A stretch of 64,000 nt of DNA from Nitrososphaeria archaeon (lineage in GTDB: Archaea; Thermoproteota; Nitrososphaeria; JACIWG01), in assembly GCA_963752255.1 (NCBI GenBank), contig CAVVXT010000005.1:10117-74116 (forward strand), in the 5' to 3' direction. Every line of letters begins with the position of its first letter. The stretch's first letter is position 1. The notes under the pieces were generated by a model that did no database searches, was not told the origin of the DNA, and saw only the letters and a list, made by a program, of their open reading frames with translations. The position numbers and the translations under genes are program-made. This document shows, in pieces, positions 8,046-18,198 of the stretch.

Positions 8046-9008
8046 CTAAATTCTTCTAATGCTTTTGGAAGTTTCCACGAACGCCCTGATGTTTTCTGAT
8101 GGCGTTTTTGATGGTATGTCGCATCCCGTGCTTGATACAACATTCTTCTTATCTTTCACGGGACTAAGCATTTTCAGGACGTTTTTCCTTATTGTTACTG
8201 GGTCTTCCATCATCAGGTTAACTGGAGAATAATTTCCGAAGACTAAAATGTTCTCAGGTACTATAGAAACAGCATCTAGCATTGGTATGTTCTGGTCGAT
8301 ACTGATGCCTGCTGCCCCTGTTTCTGCCATATCCGTCAGGAGGTGTCTCGATCTGCCGCAGATGTGCAGGACCATCCCAGCATCTACAACTGTGGTCAAT
8401 CTTTCCAAGTATGGCTTCGAAAATTCCCTGAACTGGCTTACTGATATCAGGCTTGAAGACGGTTCTGCGATGACTATAAAATCTGCACCTGAATCTTCAA
8501 GCTTTTTTGCATACTCTATGGAGGTTTCTACAACTGTATCTAGAAGCGGTGGTAGTACTTCGGGGTTTGTGAGAATAAACTTTAGGAGATTGGTGATTCC
8601 TATTACTTGGCCTGCGATAGTAAAAGGTCCTGTTACATAAAATCCAACTGGCAAGTTGCCTGATATTTTTTTAATGGTTTTTACGGTCTTTGCCATAATT
8701 AACATTCTACCATTTGATTTTCTCTTATGTACTTCCCCTATGTCAATCGTTTTGTTGATCTTGGGGGCGTCAATTTCTCTGTATCCAACTTCCACCCCTA
8801 AAGCTTCTGCTTCAACTGTTAGATCGAGTAAGGGCAGTAATGCATCCGTTCCATACTCTTCTGCTATGTATTCGACAACTTTTGCATGCTTTTCTGGCTC
8901 AAGGAGGCTGATTGATGAAGTTTGATTCAAGGGTATCAGTGCAGGATACCCTAATATGGGAACGACTGGCACACGGTCAAATTTCGTAAAATACGTTAAT
9001 AACTTCAT
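8046..9008 (-). CDS. Uroporphyrinogen decarboxylase (URO-D) family protein, MtaA/CmuA-like methyltransferase
   Basis: 320 aa with the overall URO-D/MtaA pattern: PVVPILGYPA, LDLTVEAEALG, HICG, STGCDIP. Confidence 0.75.
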   Translation of the reverse strand: MKLLTYFTKFDRVPVVPILGYPALIPLNQTSSISLLEPEKHAKVVEYIAEEYGTDALLPLLDLTVEAEALGVEVGYREIDAPKINKTIDIGEVHKRKSNGRMLIMAKTVKTIKKISGNLPVGFYVTGPFTIAGQVIGITNLLKFILTNPEVLPPLLDTVVETSIEYAKKLEDSGADFIVIAEPSSSLISVSQFREFSKPYLERLTTVVDAGMVLHICGRSRHLLTDMAETGAAGISIDQNIPMLDAVSIVPENILVFGNYSPVNLMMEDPVTIRKNVLKMLSPVKDKKNVVSSTGCDIPSKTPSENIRAFVETSKSIRRI

Positions 9009-9230
9009 CTATATCATCTTAGAGTAACTTGTTATAAAGCCTTTTCGCTCTCAACGATTTTATTTTAATCAATCCGAATTTTATTTTAGCCAATTCGAAG
9101 CTCGGATTTTCACCCAAAGATATGATTCATAGTTTCTAAGATATGGTTTCTTCCAGGTATATTCTGTTCTTTCTCCTTTTTTAGTCCAAACCTTTAAAAG
9201 TTAAGGTATCCCAAATGGTTAGGAAATATC

Positions 9231-10567
9231 TTGGATAAAACTATCCAGAATGGGGATGTTAAGCGGTTCTTAGCTTCTTTTGATAGGGACCCTAAGAACC
9301 TTCTTGCGTTGAACGCGGTGACTGAGAACGGCATAGCTGCTGTGGCTTTGAGCCGGAAGGAAGTTGACCGAATTAACTACACGTTTAGTAATCTTATAGA
9401 GTCGCCGGAGGCTACTAATCAAGAGCTGTCAGGGCGATGTTGGTTATTTTCCGGGCTTAGTTCTCTTTGCCTGGAGGCTATGAAGAAGTTGAACGTTGGG
9501 ACTTTTGAACTTTCGGAGGTCTACCAGATGTTCTGGGATAAACTGGAGAAGGCGAACTTCTTTCTTGAGAACATCATCGAGACCAGGGATGAGCCACTGG
9601 ACAGCAGGTTGGTGCTGGGGCTTCTCTCTGACCCACTTTCCGATGGCGGGCAGTGGGACATGTTCGTGAATCTTGTCGAAAAATACGGCGTGGTTCCGAA
9701 GTCTTTTATGCCGGAGACAGACAGTAGCAGCAATTCTGATCCCATGAACACCCTGCTTGTTGCCAAGCTAAGGGAATATGCGAAAACGCTAAGAGACCTG
9801 AATTCACAGGGTTCTTCTGCACAGGAATTGCGCAAGTCAAAAGGAGAGATGCTCGAAGAGTTCTATAGGATGCTTGCCATTCACTTAGGGAAGCCTCCGA
9901 CCAGCTTCTACTGGGAGTGGCGAGATAAGGACAACATGTTCCACAGGCATGGTGACATAACACCAAAAGAGTTCTACAAGGAATATATTGATGTCGACCT
10001 GGATGATCTAGTTTGCCTAATAAACGCCCCAACCAAGGACAAGCCCTATAATAAACTCTACACGGTGCAGTATCTCGGTAACGTCATTGGCGGACGTCCG
10101 GTTCGTTACTTGAACGTTGATATACAGACATTGAAGAAAGCTGCCGTAGATATGATAAAGGACAACCATGCGGTTTGGTTCGGCTGCGACGTAGGCCAGA
10201 TGCTTGAAACAGAGATGGGCGCGATGGATTTGAACATATACGACTATAAACTCGTCTTCGGAATGGATTTCAAGCTTGATAAAGCTGGAAGATTGGACTA
10301 CAGGAACAGCGAGATGACTCACGCCATGGTCCTAACAGGCGTGGACCTAGACGAAGTGGTAAACCGAAAAAATGGCGAGTTGAAAACAGCTGGGGGGCTA
10401 AGATTGGAGACAAAGGTTATATGTATATGATGGATGAATGGTTCGACGAATACCTGTACGAAATAACCGTTAGAAAAAAATACCTCTCTCCAGAGCTCCT
10501 AAAAGTTCTAGACACCGAACCTATTGTCCTCCCATCTTGGGATCCAATGGGAACATTAGCTAAGTAA
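9231..10567 (+). pseudogene. pepC: Aminopeptidase C / bleomycin hydrolase (C1 peptidase), frameshifted near 10353-10360
   Basis: QELSGRCWLF active-site Cys motif and THAMVLTGVDLDE. The conserved tail GKPKKWRVENSWG...GDKGYMYMMDEWFDEYLYEI...WDPMGTLAK continues in the -1 frame to a stop at 10565-10567. Confidence 0.85.
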
Positions 10568-10624
10568 AACTAGTAGTGCCATCAGATAGGAGACGGATCG
10601 TAGTTCCGAGCTGGTTAAGCTGAA

Positions 10625-11200
10625 ATGAGCAAGGTTGAAGAACTACACGTTTCAAGTAGGGAGTACTGGCATGTGTGGTTGGACAGAAATCATTATGCCA
10701 AAAAAGAGGTATGGCTGATTTTCTACAAAAAGCATACCGGCAAACCCAATATATCATACGAGGCCTCAGTTGAGGAGGCATTGTGTTATGGTTGGGTGGA
10801 CAGTATGATAAAGAAAATAGATGAAAAAAGGTACGCCCGCAAGTTTACACCTCGCAAGTCAAAAAGCAGATGGTCTGGGTCTAACATAAAACGTGCAGAA
10901 AAAATGATAAATGAAGGAAGAATGACAGAGTCAGGATTTGCTGTAATAGCAGAATCAAAGAAGAATGGTGAATGGTCCGCAGCTCCAACTCTACCAAGAG
11001 AGCTCAAACCACCACAATATATGAAGGAAGCTTTGACAGCGAACGAATTAGCCTTTAAGAACTTCAACAAGATGGCAAAATCCAATAAGCGACAATACAT
11101 TGCATGGTTAATAAGCGCGAAAAGAGAAGAGACCAGACAGAAGCGACTTACTGAAATCATAGCGCGTTTGGAAAGGAACGAAAAACTTGGCCTGAAATAG
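10625..11200 (+). CDS. YdeI/OmpD-associated family protein
   Basis: VWLIFYKK...SYEASVEEALCYGWVDS...RKFTPRKSKSRWS and a C-terminal YIAWLISAKREETRQKRL pattern. Confidence 0.7.
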   Translation: MSKVEELHVSSREYWHVWLDRNHYAKKEVWLIFYKKHTGKPNISYEASVEEALCYGWVDSMIKKIDEKRYARKFTPRKSKSRWSGSNIKRAEKMINEGRMTESGFAVIAESKKNGEWSAAPTLPRELKPPQYMKEALTANELAFKNFNKMAKSNKRQYIAWLISAKREETRQKRLTEIIARLERNEKLGLK

Positions 11201-11532
11201 GAGTCGCAGAATATTCAGAAAAAAGAAGATCAGACTTGAGACATTGAATATCTCATTAAAGACACTGACCCTCTGGTTCGCTTCATCATTCGGAGTTCGG
11301 ATTTGTAAGCGGGGTTAAATAGTAAATTAGTTTAAGATTAAATTTAAGCTTAACAATTTCTCTGGCAGTCTTATCTTCCTTGTATTCATCCCTTACTGTT
11401 TCCTAGAGGAATATTGAATCTGATTTCTTATTCCTTAGTAAATTTCCTTTACATCACTGTAAACAGATATCGTATAGCCGTTAAGGGAAGATCAAATCGT
11501 TTAGTGGAGATAAATCTGCGAACTTCGAAACC

Positions 11533-11895
11533 TCAGCTGTGTTGCTCGAGGTCGTGCATCATCTGTTCGAATTGTTCCTTTGTTATCTCCCCACGCGCGT
11601 ACCTCTCCTTGAGTATATAGATCGCTTCGTCCCCTCTCCAGAGCCTCCTCCTGGACGCCCATCCCCACGGCCAGAAAATCCATCTCATCACCGCGAATAT
11701 GAGGAGTATCCAGAGCAAAATCCAGATCCAGCCAAAGTCGAATGGGAAGAATGGATAGTATCTGTAGTAATCGCCTGGCATCATGCGGGGGAAGAAGAAC
11801 CAAAAAGTCGCCAATGAAATTCCGATTAGGACTAGAAACGCGATTATGGCCAAGCCCACGAAGTACCTCGGGCGCTTCCACCTATAGTCGTTCAT
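11533..11895 (-). CDS. Membrane protein with a C-terminal SHOCT domain
   Basis: Two TM segments, then ILKERYARGEITKEQFEQMMHDL, a SHOCT-like motif. Confidence 0.7.
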   Translation of the reverse strand: MNDYRWKRPRYFVGLAIIAFLVLIGISLATFWFFFPRMMPGDYYRYYPFFPFDFGWIWILLWILLIFAVMRWIFWPWGWASRRRLWRGDEAIYILKERYARGEITKEQFEQMMHDLEQHS

Positions 11896-12111
11896 GTTTC
11901 TTCGCCTCCTTCTCGAACAGTTTAAGGATTGTGATCTGCGGCTGTGCTTTAGGTTAACCTAAACATTTGTTCCGCCATTTGTAGAAATTCTGCCTTCAAG
12001 GGTTCAATTTAAGCCTTACCCTACTCTAAAAATTAGAATGACGCCAATTTCTACTATTCTAAAATTAGTACTATATCTGTGCTCTTCTATACCTAAAGGT
12101 GTAGAAAATAT

Positions 12112-12813
12112 ATGTCAGAATATAGGAAGCAGATTGTTGCTGGATCTTTGGTAGCTGTCATAGTAGCATTGGTTCTTGCTGGTGGAGCAAGTTACCTTTT
12201 CCCACTACAGCCCACACAAGGAGCGATCTCATCCACTCCCAAATCAACCGAATTTACGACCACAGCGATAGCCGCCTCCACAAGATCCATTGCAGGGGAG
12301 ATTCCAACTACGACAACTGGAACTACTACTGTACCATTTGATACTACTACGTCAGTTACTGGGTCTTCCCCGACGACAATGATTACTACTACACCAATTG
12401 AGACAGACACTTCACCAAATGGGACTACCTCTTCACCTATTGGGACTACCATTTCACCAATTGGGACCACGATTACGTTAACTATGACTGAAACAGCGAC
12501 GACAGCGACTATAACTCTTGGCCAGATCTTAACAACGACAACAAAAGTAACAGAACAAATTGGAATTACAGATGCATACGCCGTTAACGCAACTCAGATA
12601 ACGGTAACTGCTATAAATTATGGATATGTAGACGAAACCTTAACAAGCATATTAGTGAACGGAAACCCCTTATCAAGCGTTAACGGAGGCGTATCAAACC
12701 CAAGCCTGCCAATTACTATAGCACCACGTGCCTCCCAAATTATCACCCTAAACTTCAGCTCACCACTACAATCAGGAACGTATTTCATAACGATCAATAA
12801 TAAGGCAGGCTGA
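12112..12813 (+). CDS. N-terminally anchored Thr-rich surface protein
   Basis: TM anchor, long Thr-rich region with SPNGTTSSPIGTTISPIGTTIT repeats, and a C-terminal domain shared with 5765..6244. Confidence 0.7.
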   Translation: MSEYRKQIVAGSLVAVIVALVLAGGASYLFPLQPTQGAISSTPKSTEFTTTAIAASTRSIAGEIPTTTTGTTTVPFDTTTSVTGSSPTTMITTTPIETDTSPNGTTSSPIGTTISPIGTTITLTMTETATTATITLGQILTTTTKVTEQIGITDAYAVNATQITVTAINYGYVDETLTSILVNGNPLSSVNGGVSNPSLPITIAPRASQIITLNFSSPLQSGTYFITINNKAG

Positions 12814-12846
12814 TTTAGACTGATAAATAGAAATATCGTAATCATA

Positions 12847-13629
12847 TTGTTCGTAGTGATTACGATAGTCTTAGGCGCATCCTTATCGTACTATGTCACA
12901 ACCCTTGGGAAAAGTCAAACCGATACAGAAATAGAAGTTAAAGCTTCAACATACATCTACATCTCGACTGACTCGTATAATGGGCTCAGGTCACCGAACA
13001 TGGAAAAAATAGATTCAAGGATGTTCAACAACGGCACAGTCCTCATATTCTACAAGAACCATGGAGGGAACGTCACCAGAATCTACACGTACAGTATCCC
13101 AAGAGCTAGGCTTGAGAATCTGACCAAGCTGGTCATATCCAACGGATTCTTCTCCTCCAAGGTTATGAGCACCTCGTGTACTGGAATCTATGATGTGGGT
13201 ATCACGCAGATAAACGTCACCGTAGGCACCAATGAGAAGGCGATAACGTTGTCCGAGACGATAGAGCAGTGTCTGCCACAGAACATCAATCAGATAGTTA
13301 GAAATGTCTTCAACTTGGTATACGAAGCACAGATAAATGGCAGCGTCTACATAACGCCCGGAAAGGGCACTATCTTCGGTGAGATCAGGGACCAGGAGGG
13401 GAATCGATTAGCGAACGTCAAGGTGCAGATAATCAATGGAACATCACCCTATCAACAGACCCAGAGGCTCACGGATAGTATGGGGCAGTTCTTCTGGTAT
13501 GACGTAGAACCGGGAAACTACACCGTAGCTGTATTTGATGACCAGAATAATATGGTCCAGACAGGAAACGTCAAAATAGTAGCATGGGAAACAGGTGTAA
13601 TTACCTTCACTCTCGACGCCATCTCCTAA
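12847..13629 (+). CDS. Anchored extracellular protein with a carboxypeptidase-regulatory-like beta-sandwich domain
   Basis: N-terminal TM. C-terminal GTIFGEIRDQEGNRLANVKVQI...TDSMGQFFWYDVEPGNYTV resembles the CarboxypepD_reg pattern. TTG start 34 nt after the preceding gene. Confidence 0.6.
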   Translation: MFVVITIVLGASLSYYVTTLGKSQTDTEIEVKASTYIYISTDSYNGLRSPNMEKIDSRMFNNGTVLIFYKNHGGNVTRIYTYSIPRARLENLTKLVISNGFFSSKVMSTSCTGIYDVGITQINVTVGTNEKAITLSETIEQCLPQNINQIVRNVFNLVYEAQINGSVYITPGKGTIFGEIRDQEGNRLANVKVQIINGTSPYQQTQRLTDSMGQFFWYDVEPGNYTVAVFDDQNNMVQTGNVKIVAWETGVITFTLDAIS

Positions 13630-13791
13630 TATAGTAGTGCTCGTAGTCTCTTAATGATAGATGATTAATTCTATTAATAGTGAAATTTAACGAATTGTTT
13701 AAATATTTTTGATTTCCAAGCCGACGTGCAACAAAGTTAACAGAACCCATTGGGCAAAAGTCTCATTAACGAATTTTTTCTTTAGTTATTT

Positions 13792-14013
13792 ATGAAGAGG
13801 CTTACAAATGAAATTCAAAATGGATACTGTTTCACCTTAAGTCCATTCAACAACCCCAAGCTTGAGGTTGAGGATGGAGAAACAATAGTTGTCGATACCG
13901 AGGACGCCATCTGTGGCCTAATCAGAAAGATGGGAGACAAAAGAAACTACAAGAAGGCGCATTACACGAATCCTATGTCTGCCCCAATATACGTGAATTA
14001 TGCTGTAGAATAG
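13792..14013 (+). pseudogene. Possible acetamidase/formamidase N-terminal remnant
   Basis: PKLEVEDGETIVVDTEDA...NPMSAPIYV resembles the FmdA/AmdA N-terminus, but the ORF stops after 73 aa. Confidence 0.35.
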
Positions 14014-14045
14014 AAACTAAATAATTTTTAGTAGTTAGTTTCCTA

Positions 14046-14639
14046 TTATGATTTGATCTTCTGCAGTTCATTTAGCCTTGATTTTATCGTTTGATAGAGA
14101 GATTCCCGTAGCGCCTCTGCCTTTAAGTTTGTTTCTTTAATCTGTTTGAGCCTTTTTGCAAGTTCAACATCGCCTAGAAACGTTATCCATGATTCTATGT
14201 GTCCTTGAGCAGTATGAAATTCGATCGATCTAATATCGATTGACCCAAGTTTATCGCAGAAATCACTTAAGCTGTCTGAGCTTACCCCCAAAGGCTGGTT
14301 CACGTCGGCGTAGAAAAAGAAAGCGTTCTCCATAGGCAGTTGGCTAAGTATCTTTTCTGCCTTCATCTTGTCGATAATAGGGAACCCCAACTTCTCCTTT
14401 CCCTTTGCGGTTATAGTGTAATTTCCTTCTATTGAAGAAACCAACTCTTCTTTTCTAAGGATTTTAAGATGTTTATCCAATGTGGGAGGCTGCAGACCTG
14501 TTTTTTCAGATATCTGTTTTGAATTTAGAGGTGATCTGCTCTTCCACACCGTTTCCAAAATTTTCTCTTTAACGTTGCTTAGATCCATCAATTTACCCAA
14601 CTGCCTTAAAGATGTCAGTATATATATATTTTCTGTCAA
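14046..14639 (-). CDS. Winged-helix transcriptional regulator with a C-terminal domain shared with the GH57 enzyme
   Basis: N-terminal wHTH (LNSKQISEKTGLQPPTLDKHLKILRKEELV). The C-terminal FFFYAD...SLSDFCDKLGSIDIRSIEFHTAQGHIESW...DVELAKRL aligns with the tail of 15817..17376. Confidence 0.75.
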   Translation of the reverse strand: MTENIYILTSLRQLGKLMDLSNVKEKILETVWKSRSPLNSKQISEKTGLQPPTLDKHLKILRKEELVSSIEGNYTITAKGKEKLGFPIIDKMKAEKILSQLPMENAFFFYADVNQPLGVSSDSLSDFCDKLGSIDIRSIEFHTAQGHIESWITFLGDVELAKRLKQIKETNLKAEALRESLYQTIKSRLNELQKIKS

Positions 14640-14643
14640 AATA

Positions 14644-14661
14644 TTTCATGAAATGCGTTTC
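14644..14661. promoter_or_regulatory. Palindromes in a divergent promoter (TTTCATGAAA; GAAATGCGTTTC)
   Basis: Read directly in the 77-bp gap between the regulator start (14639) and the dehydrogenase start (14717). Confidence 0.25.
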
Positions 14662-14716
14662 ATTCGCTCTCATATTAAGAAAAAAAATTACAAAAGATTT
14701 TATTACTAGACATATT

Positions 14717-15706
14717 ATGAGAGACACAATGGGATATCTAAAACTAGAGGATTTACACGTCGCCCAAATCGGCACCGGGCGAGTTGGCCGCCCTACTGCC
14801 TACACTATTCTGTGTGCTGGGCTTGCAGGAACAATGACGGTGTGCGATACTAAACCCGGGTTAGCACCTGCTTTTGCGGAGGAACTTAGGCACGTAGCTG
14901 TCAGCTTGGGGCTTGACGTTAATATAAACTCCTGTGAGAAAGATGAAGATGTTCACGATGCGGATATCATACTGGTTTCAGCTGGTAAACCGAGGGTTCC
15001 AGGGGTGAATATGGATAGGCGGGATCTTGCTAAAGAAAATGCGAAAGTAGTGAAGCAAGTTTCTGAAGCTACAGCTCCAAGGAATAGGAAAGCGAAATAT
15101 GTAATGGTCACGAACCCAGTCGACTCCATGGCTATGATCTGCAAGAAGTATTCTAAAGCTGATGTTGTAATAAGCACCGGAACATATCTAGAATCGCTGA
15201 GGTTTAGGTCTGAACTTGCAAAGTCGCTCGAGGTTCCAGCTTCAAAGGTTCGAGGATGGGTCGGAGGAGAACACGGAGATATGGCGGCAATTCTTTGGTC
15301 GACAGCGAAAGCCTTTGATTTCCCTGCTGAGGTATATGCCACATCCAAAGGTAGGACCGTCGATAAAAAAAATATAGAATCCAGGGTTAAGGAAGTATCA
15401 AGGTTCATAATAGACGAAATAGGTGGAACAGAATACGGGCCAGCAGCTTCGTTCAGGGACATAGTAAGAGCGATGATAAAAGATACACATGAAATCTTCC
15501 CGATCGCAACACCTTTTAGATTTGGAGAACTGCCTGAACCAGTTTTTGTCAGCATACCGACTTCTGTAGGATGGTCTATTGGAACCCCTCTCTACGAACC
15601 GTTATATTACGAAGAAAAGAAGAAGATAGCTGAAGCCGCTAGAGCGATTTATCTGACCTACAAAGAAGCTGTGTTATCTTTAGAAGATGAAGTTTCACCG
15701 AGTTAG
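14717..15706 (+). CDS. L-lactate/malate dehydrogenase family protein
   Basis: IGTGRVG Rossmann motif, MVTNPVDSM, GGEHGD. ATG at 14717 (or 14729) is preferred over the 14612 start, which overlaps the divergent gene. Confidence 0.85.
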   Translation: MRDTMGYLKLEDLHVAQIGTGRVGRPTAYTILCAGLAGTMTVCDTKPGLAPAFAEELRHVAVSLGLDVNINSCEKDEDVHDADIILVSAGKPRVPGVNMDRRDLAKENAKVVKQVSEATAPRNRKAKYVMVTNPVDSMAMICKKYSKADVVISTGTYLESLRFRSELAKSLEVPASKVRGWVGGEHGDMAAILWSTAKAFDFPAEVYATSKGRTVDKKNIESRVKEVSRFIIDEIGGTEYGPAASFRDIVRAMIKDTHEIFPIATPFRFGELPEPVFVSIPTSVGWSIGTPLYEPLYYEEKKKIAEAARAIYLTYKEAVLSLEDEVSPS

Positions 15707-15816
15707 AAGCAGGGTTCATGTTTAGAATATAGTCATATTATATTAAAGACTATGCAGGAGAACGTTTTTTCTGAAAAAACTTAAGAAGTCCTAAGGTTTA
15801 TCGTTGAGTAAAAGTA

Positions 15817-17376
15817 GTGAGTTGGAAATTGACTGACATAGTTTTCGTATTTGAAGTTCACCAGCCCATTAGGCTGAAAAAGAATTTTTTCTGGGATCAC
15901 AATATGTTCCGACGCCTGAGCAAGAAGGAACTTTATGATTTCTATTTTGACGTAGCTTTAAACAGAGAGATTTTCGAAAGGGCCTGTAGAAAGTGTTACT
16001 TTCCATCAAACAACATATTACTCCAGCTCATCGACGAATTTAAGGGAGAAAAGAAAAAGGTTAAAGTTTCATTCAGCATATCTGGGCTCTTTATTGAACA
16101 GTGCGAAATGTATGCACCGGACCTGCTGGATTCGTTTAGACAGTTAAGCGAAACAAAATGCGTCGAATTCCTAGACCAGACATATTACCACTCTTTATCC
16201 GGATTATACCCGATCAGAGACGAATTCGTTGAAGAGGTTAAAATTCACAGACAGGCAATGAAGGACCTTCTCAACTTTGAGCCTTTAACTTTCGAAAACA
16301 CGGAACTCCTGTACAACAACGCGGTAGCAAAGGCTGTAGAAAAAATGGGCTACATAGGGATATTTACCGAAGGAGTTGAGAGAATTCTTAAGGGTAAGCT
16401 GCCCAACCACATGTACAGGGCAAAGGGTTGCGAGAAGATTAAGGTCCTCTTAAGAAACTACAAGCTTACGGATGACATAGGCTTCAGATTTTCTAACAGG
16501 AGTTGGAGCGAGTGGCCGCTTACAGCCGATAAGTACGCTTCTTGGCTCGCGGGGACTCCAGGTCAATACGTCAACATCTTCCCAGACTACGAGACATTTG
16601 GAGAACATCATTGGCCCGAAACCGGGATACATGAATTTTTAAAGTATCTGCCAAAGGAGATACTCAAATGGGAAAACCTTCAGATGGCAACACCCTCAGA
16701 GGTTGTCAGCAAGTACGATACGTCAGGGGAGATTGATGTGCCCGAGCTTGGTGAGACAGTCTCCTGGGCTGACCTTGAGAGGGACACAAGCGGCTGGCTT
16801 GGGAACACGATGCAATGGGCATACTATACTGCAACTAGAGAACTGGAGCCGGTCGCGAAGGAATCGAAGGATAAGGAGTTTCTAAGAATCTGGCGATACC
16901 TGCTCGCGAGCGATCATCTCTACTATATGTTCACGGCAGGTGGTGCGCCAGGGGAAGTGCATAATTACTTCGCCCCCTACAGCTCTCCCGTGGATGCTTT
17001 CATAGCCGCTCAAAGCGCTGCTTTAGACTTTGAATCCAGGTTAAAGCTATACGTTATCGCCGCAAACGAGCCTTTCCTCTTTTACACAAGTTCAAGGGAG
17101 GAGAGTTTCACAGGAATCAAGGCCTGGAGCCTTATGGGGTTGATCGATGCCCTTAGTAATGTTAGCATCAAGTCCATAGAGTTTCACAATAGTAGAGGCG
17201 ATTTCGAAGAATGGGCTCATTTATCTCTACGAGATGAGGAGTTATCTGCTAAGTTCGAGAATGTTCAAGCTTCAAAGGTTCGGGGAGAAAGCCTTAGAAT
17301 CGACCTGTGTGAAGCTACGAAAACACATCTTAAACAGATGAAAAAGATGATTGACACTGGAACCCGATACCTTTAA
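15817..17376 (+). CDS. Glycoside hydrolase family 57 (alpha-amylase/branching-enzyme-like) with an extra C-terminal domain
   Basis: FEVHQPIRL and DYETFGEHHWPE are GH57-type motifs. The C-terminal 95 aa are homologous to the regulator at 14046..14639. Confidence 0.85.
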   Translation: MSWKLTDIVFVFEVHQPIRLKKNFFWDHNMFRRLSKKELYDFYFDVALNREIFERACRKCYFPSNNILLQLIDEFKGEKKKVKVSFSISGLFIEQCEMYAPDLLDSFRQLSETKCVEFLDQTYYHSLSGLYPIRDEFVEEVKIHRQAMKDLLNFEPLTFENTELLYNNAVAKAVEKMGYIGIFTEGVERILKGKLPNHMYRAKGCEKIKVLLRNYKLTDDIGFRFSNRSWSEWPLTADKYASWLAGTPGQYVNIFPDYETFGEHHWPETGIHEFLKYLPKEILKWENLQMATPSEVVSKYDTSGEIDVPELGETVSWADLERDTSGWLGNTMQWAYYTATRELEPVAKESKDKEFLRIWRYLLASDHLYYMFTAGGAPGEVHNYFAPYSSPVDAFIAAQSAALDFESRLKLYVIAANEPFLFYTSSREESFTGIKAWSLMGLIDALSNVSIKSIEFHNSRGDFEEWAHLSLRDEELSAKFENVQASKVRGESLRIDLCEATKTHLKQMKKMIDTGTRYL

Positions 17377-17380
17377 CGTT

Positions 17381-17394
17381 GAAGGCTAGAGATT
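17381..17394 (-). repeat. Repeat copy D (aatctctagccttc on the minus strand)
   Basis: 14-nt identity with 7261-7274. Lies between the convergent stops of the GH57 and RDD genes. Confidence 0.45.
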
Positions 17395-17429
17395 TCAAAT
17401 AAAAAAGGGATAGTTTAGAACCAACGGTA

Positions 17430-18041
17430 CTATCGCGTTGAGACTACAACGGTTCCGGCGTATCTGTCACTAAATTTTTGTTTATAATCGGTCTGAGTAG
17501 CAAGTCCTATTACTACGTCCAATAATAGTAGGATCCAGTAAATTTTGCTTATGTTTCTTATGAAAGCCTGACCTAATGTTGGCCTTTCTCCATTTAACCT
17601 TGTCACTTTCAAGCCCGTACTAGATTTTCCAAGTGTCGCACCCCATGTTACTTCTGAAAGGGGGGAATATAGAATCAACCCGATGCCCACAATCAGCGGA
17701 AGAGACAGGAAGTTAAACCAAGCTAAGGGGTTTGCAAAGAACTGACCTGCTGCGATCCCGGAAATAAGATAGGATATGAAAATGATTAATGATGCTACTA
17801 CAATAACAATGGTTATTGCAACCACATCTATGACTAGGGCTACGAGTCGCCGTATCCAGTAGTTTTGTGCCTGCTGATTTTTAATTACCGCGTCAATACC
17901 GCTGATCGGCGCACTTGGTGGAGGAGTTGAAGGAGGTGGAGTCGGAATAGCTGTAACCTTCTCAGGTACGGGTGCTCCACAGTTTGGACAGAATGCTGCT
18001 TCGTCCGGAATCAGTTTACCACATTTGGTGCAATAAGGCAT
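17430..18041 (-). CDS. RDD-family membrane protein with an N-terminal zinc ribbon
   Basis: CTKCG...FCPNCG, a Pro-rich linker, then RRLVALVIDVV and the multi-TM pattern of RDD proteins. Confidence 0.75.
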   Translation of the reverse strand: MPYCTKCGKLIPDEAAFCPNCGAPVPEKVTAIPTPPPSTPPPSAPISGIDAVIKNQQAQNYWIRRLVALVIDVVAITIVIVVASLIIFISYLISGIAAGQFFANPLAWFNFLSLPLIVGIGLILYSPLSEVTWGATLGKSSTGLKVTRLNGERPTLGQAFIRNISKIYWILLLLDVVIGLATQTDYKQKFSDRYAGTVVVSTR

Positions 18042-18198
18042 AATTTCTCGCGTCCCCTATTTAGCTATTACAACTTAAAGTTTATCTTTGAAGGCAGAGG
18101 TTTCACAATTCCATCAAAAACGGACCTTACAGGCAGCTACCAAAATATAGCAAACCTCTTAAGCGCTCTAAAAAAGAGAATATTGGCTGATAACAACA

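Noticed and set aside
10364-10373. The A6 run in pepC as a programmed -1 frameshift site.
   Set aside because: The conserved sequence (GKPKKW...) is already in the new frame before the run, starting at 10358. The frame change therefore lies upstream at a non-slippery site, consistent with a mutation or error.
11501-11881. Alternative ORFs (126 aa on the minus strand, 92 aa on the plus strand) overlapping the SHOCT gene.
   Set aside because: Only the 11533..11895 frame gives TM helices plus a recognisable SHOCT motif. The others are Arg/Pro-rich shadows.
14953-15555. Long antisense ORFs inside well-supported genes. Examples: 14953..15555, 4055..4435, 8248..8640, 10786..11160, 20879..21073, 21292..21639 and 59030..59344.
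   Set aside because: The opposite strand carries strong family motifs in each case. These ORFs have biased, low-complexity composition.
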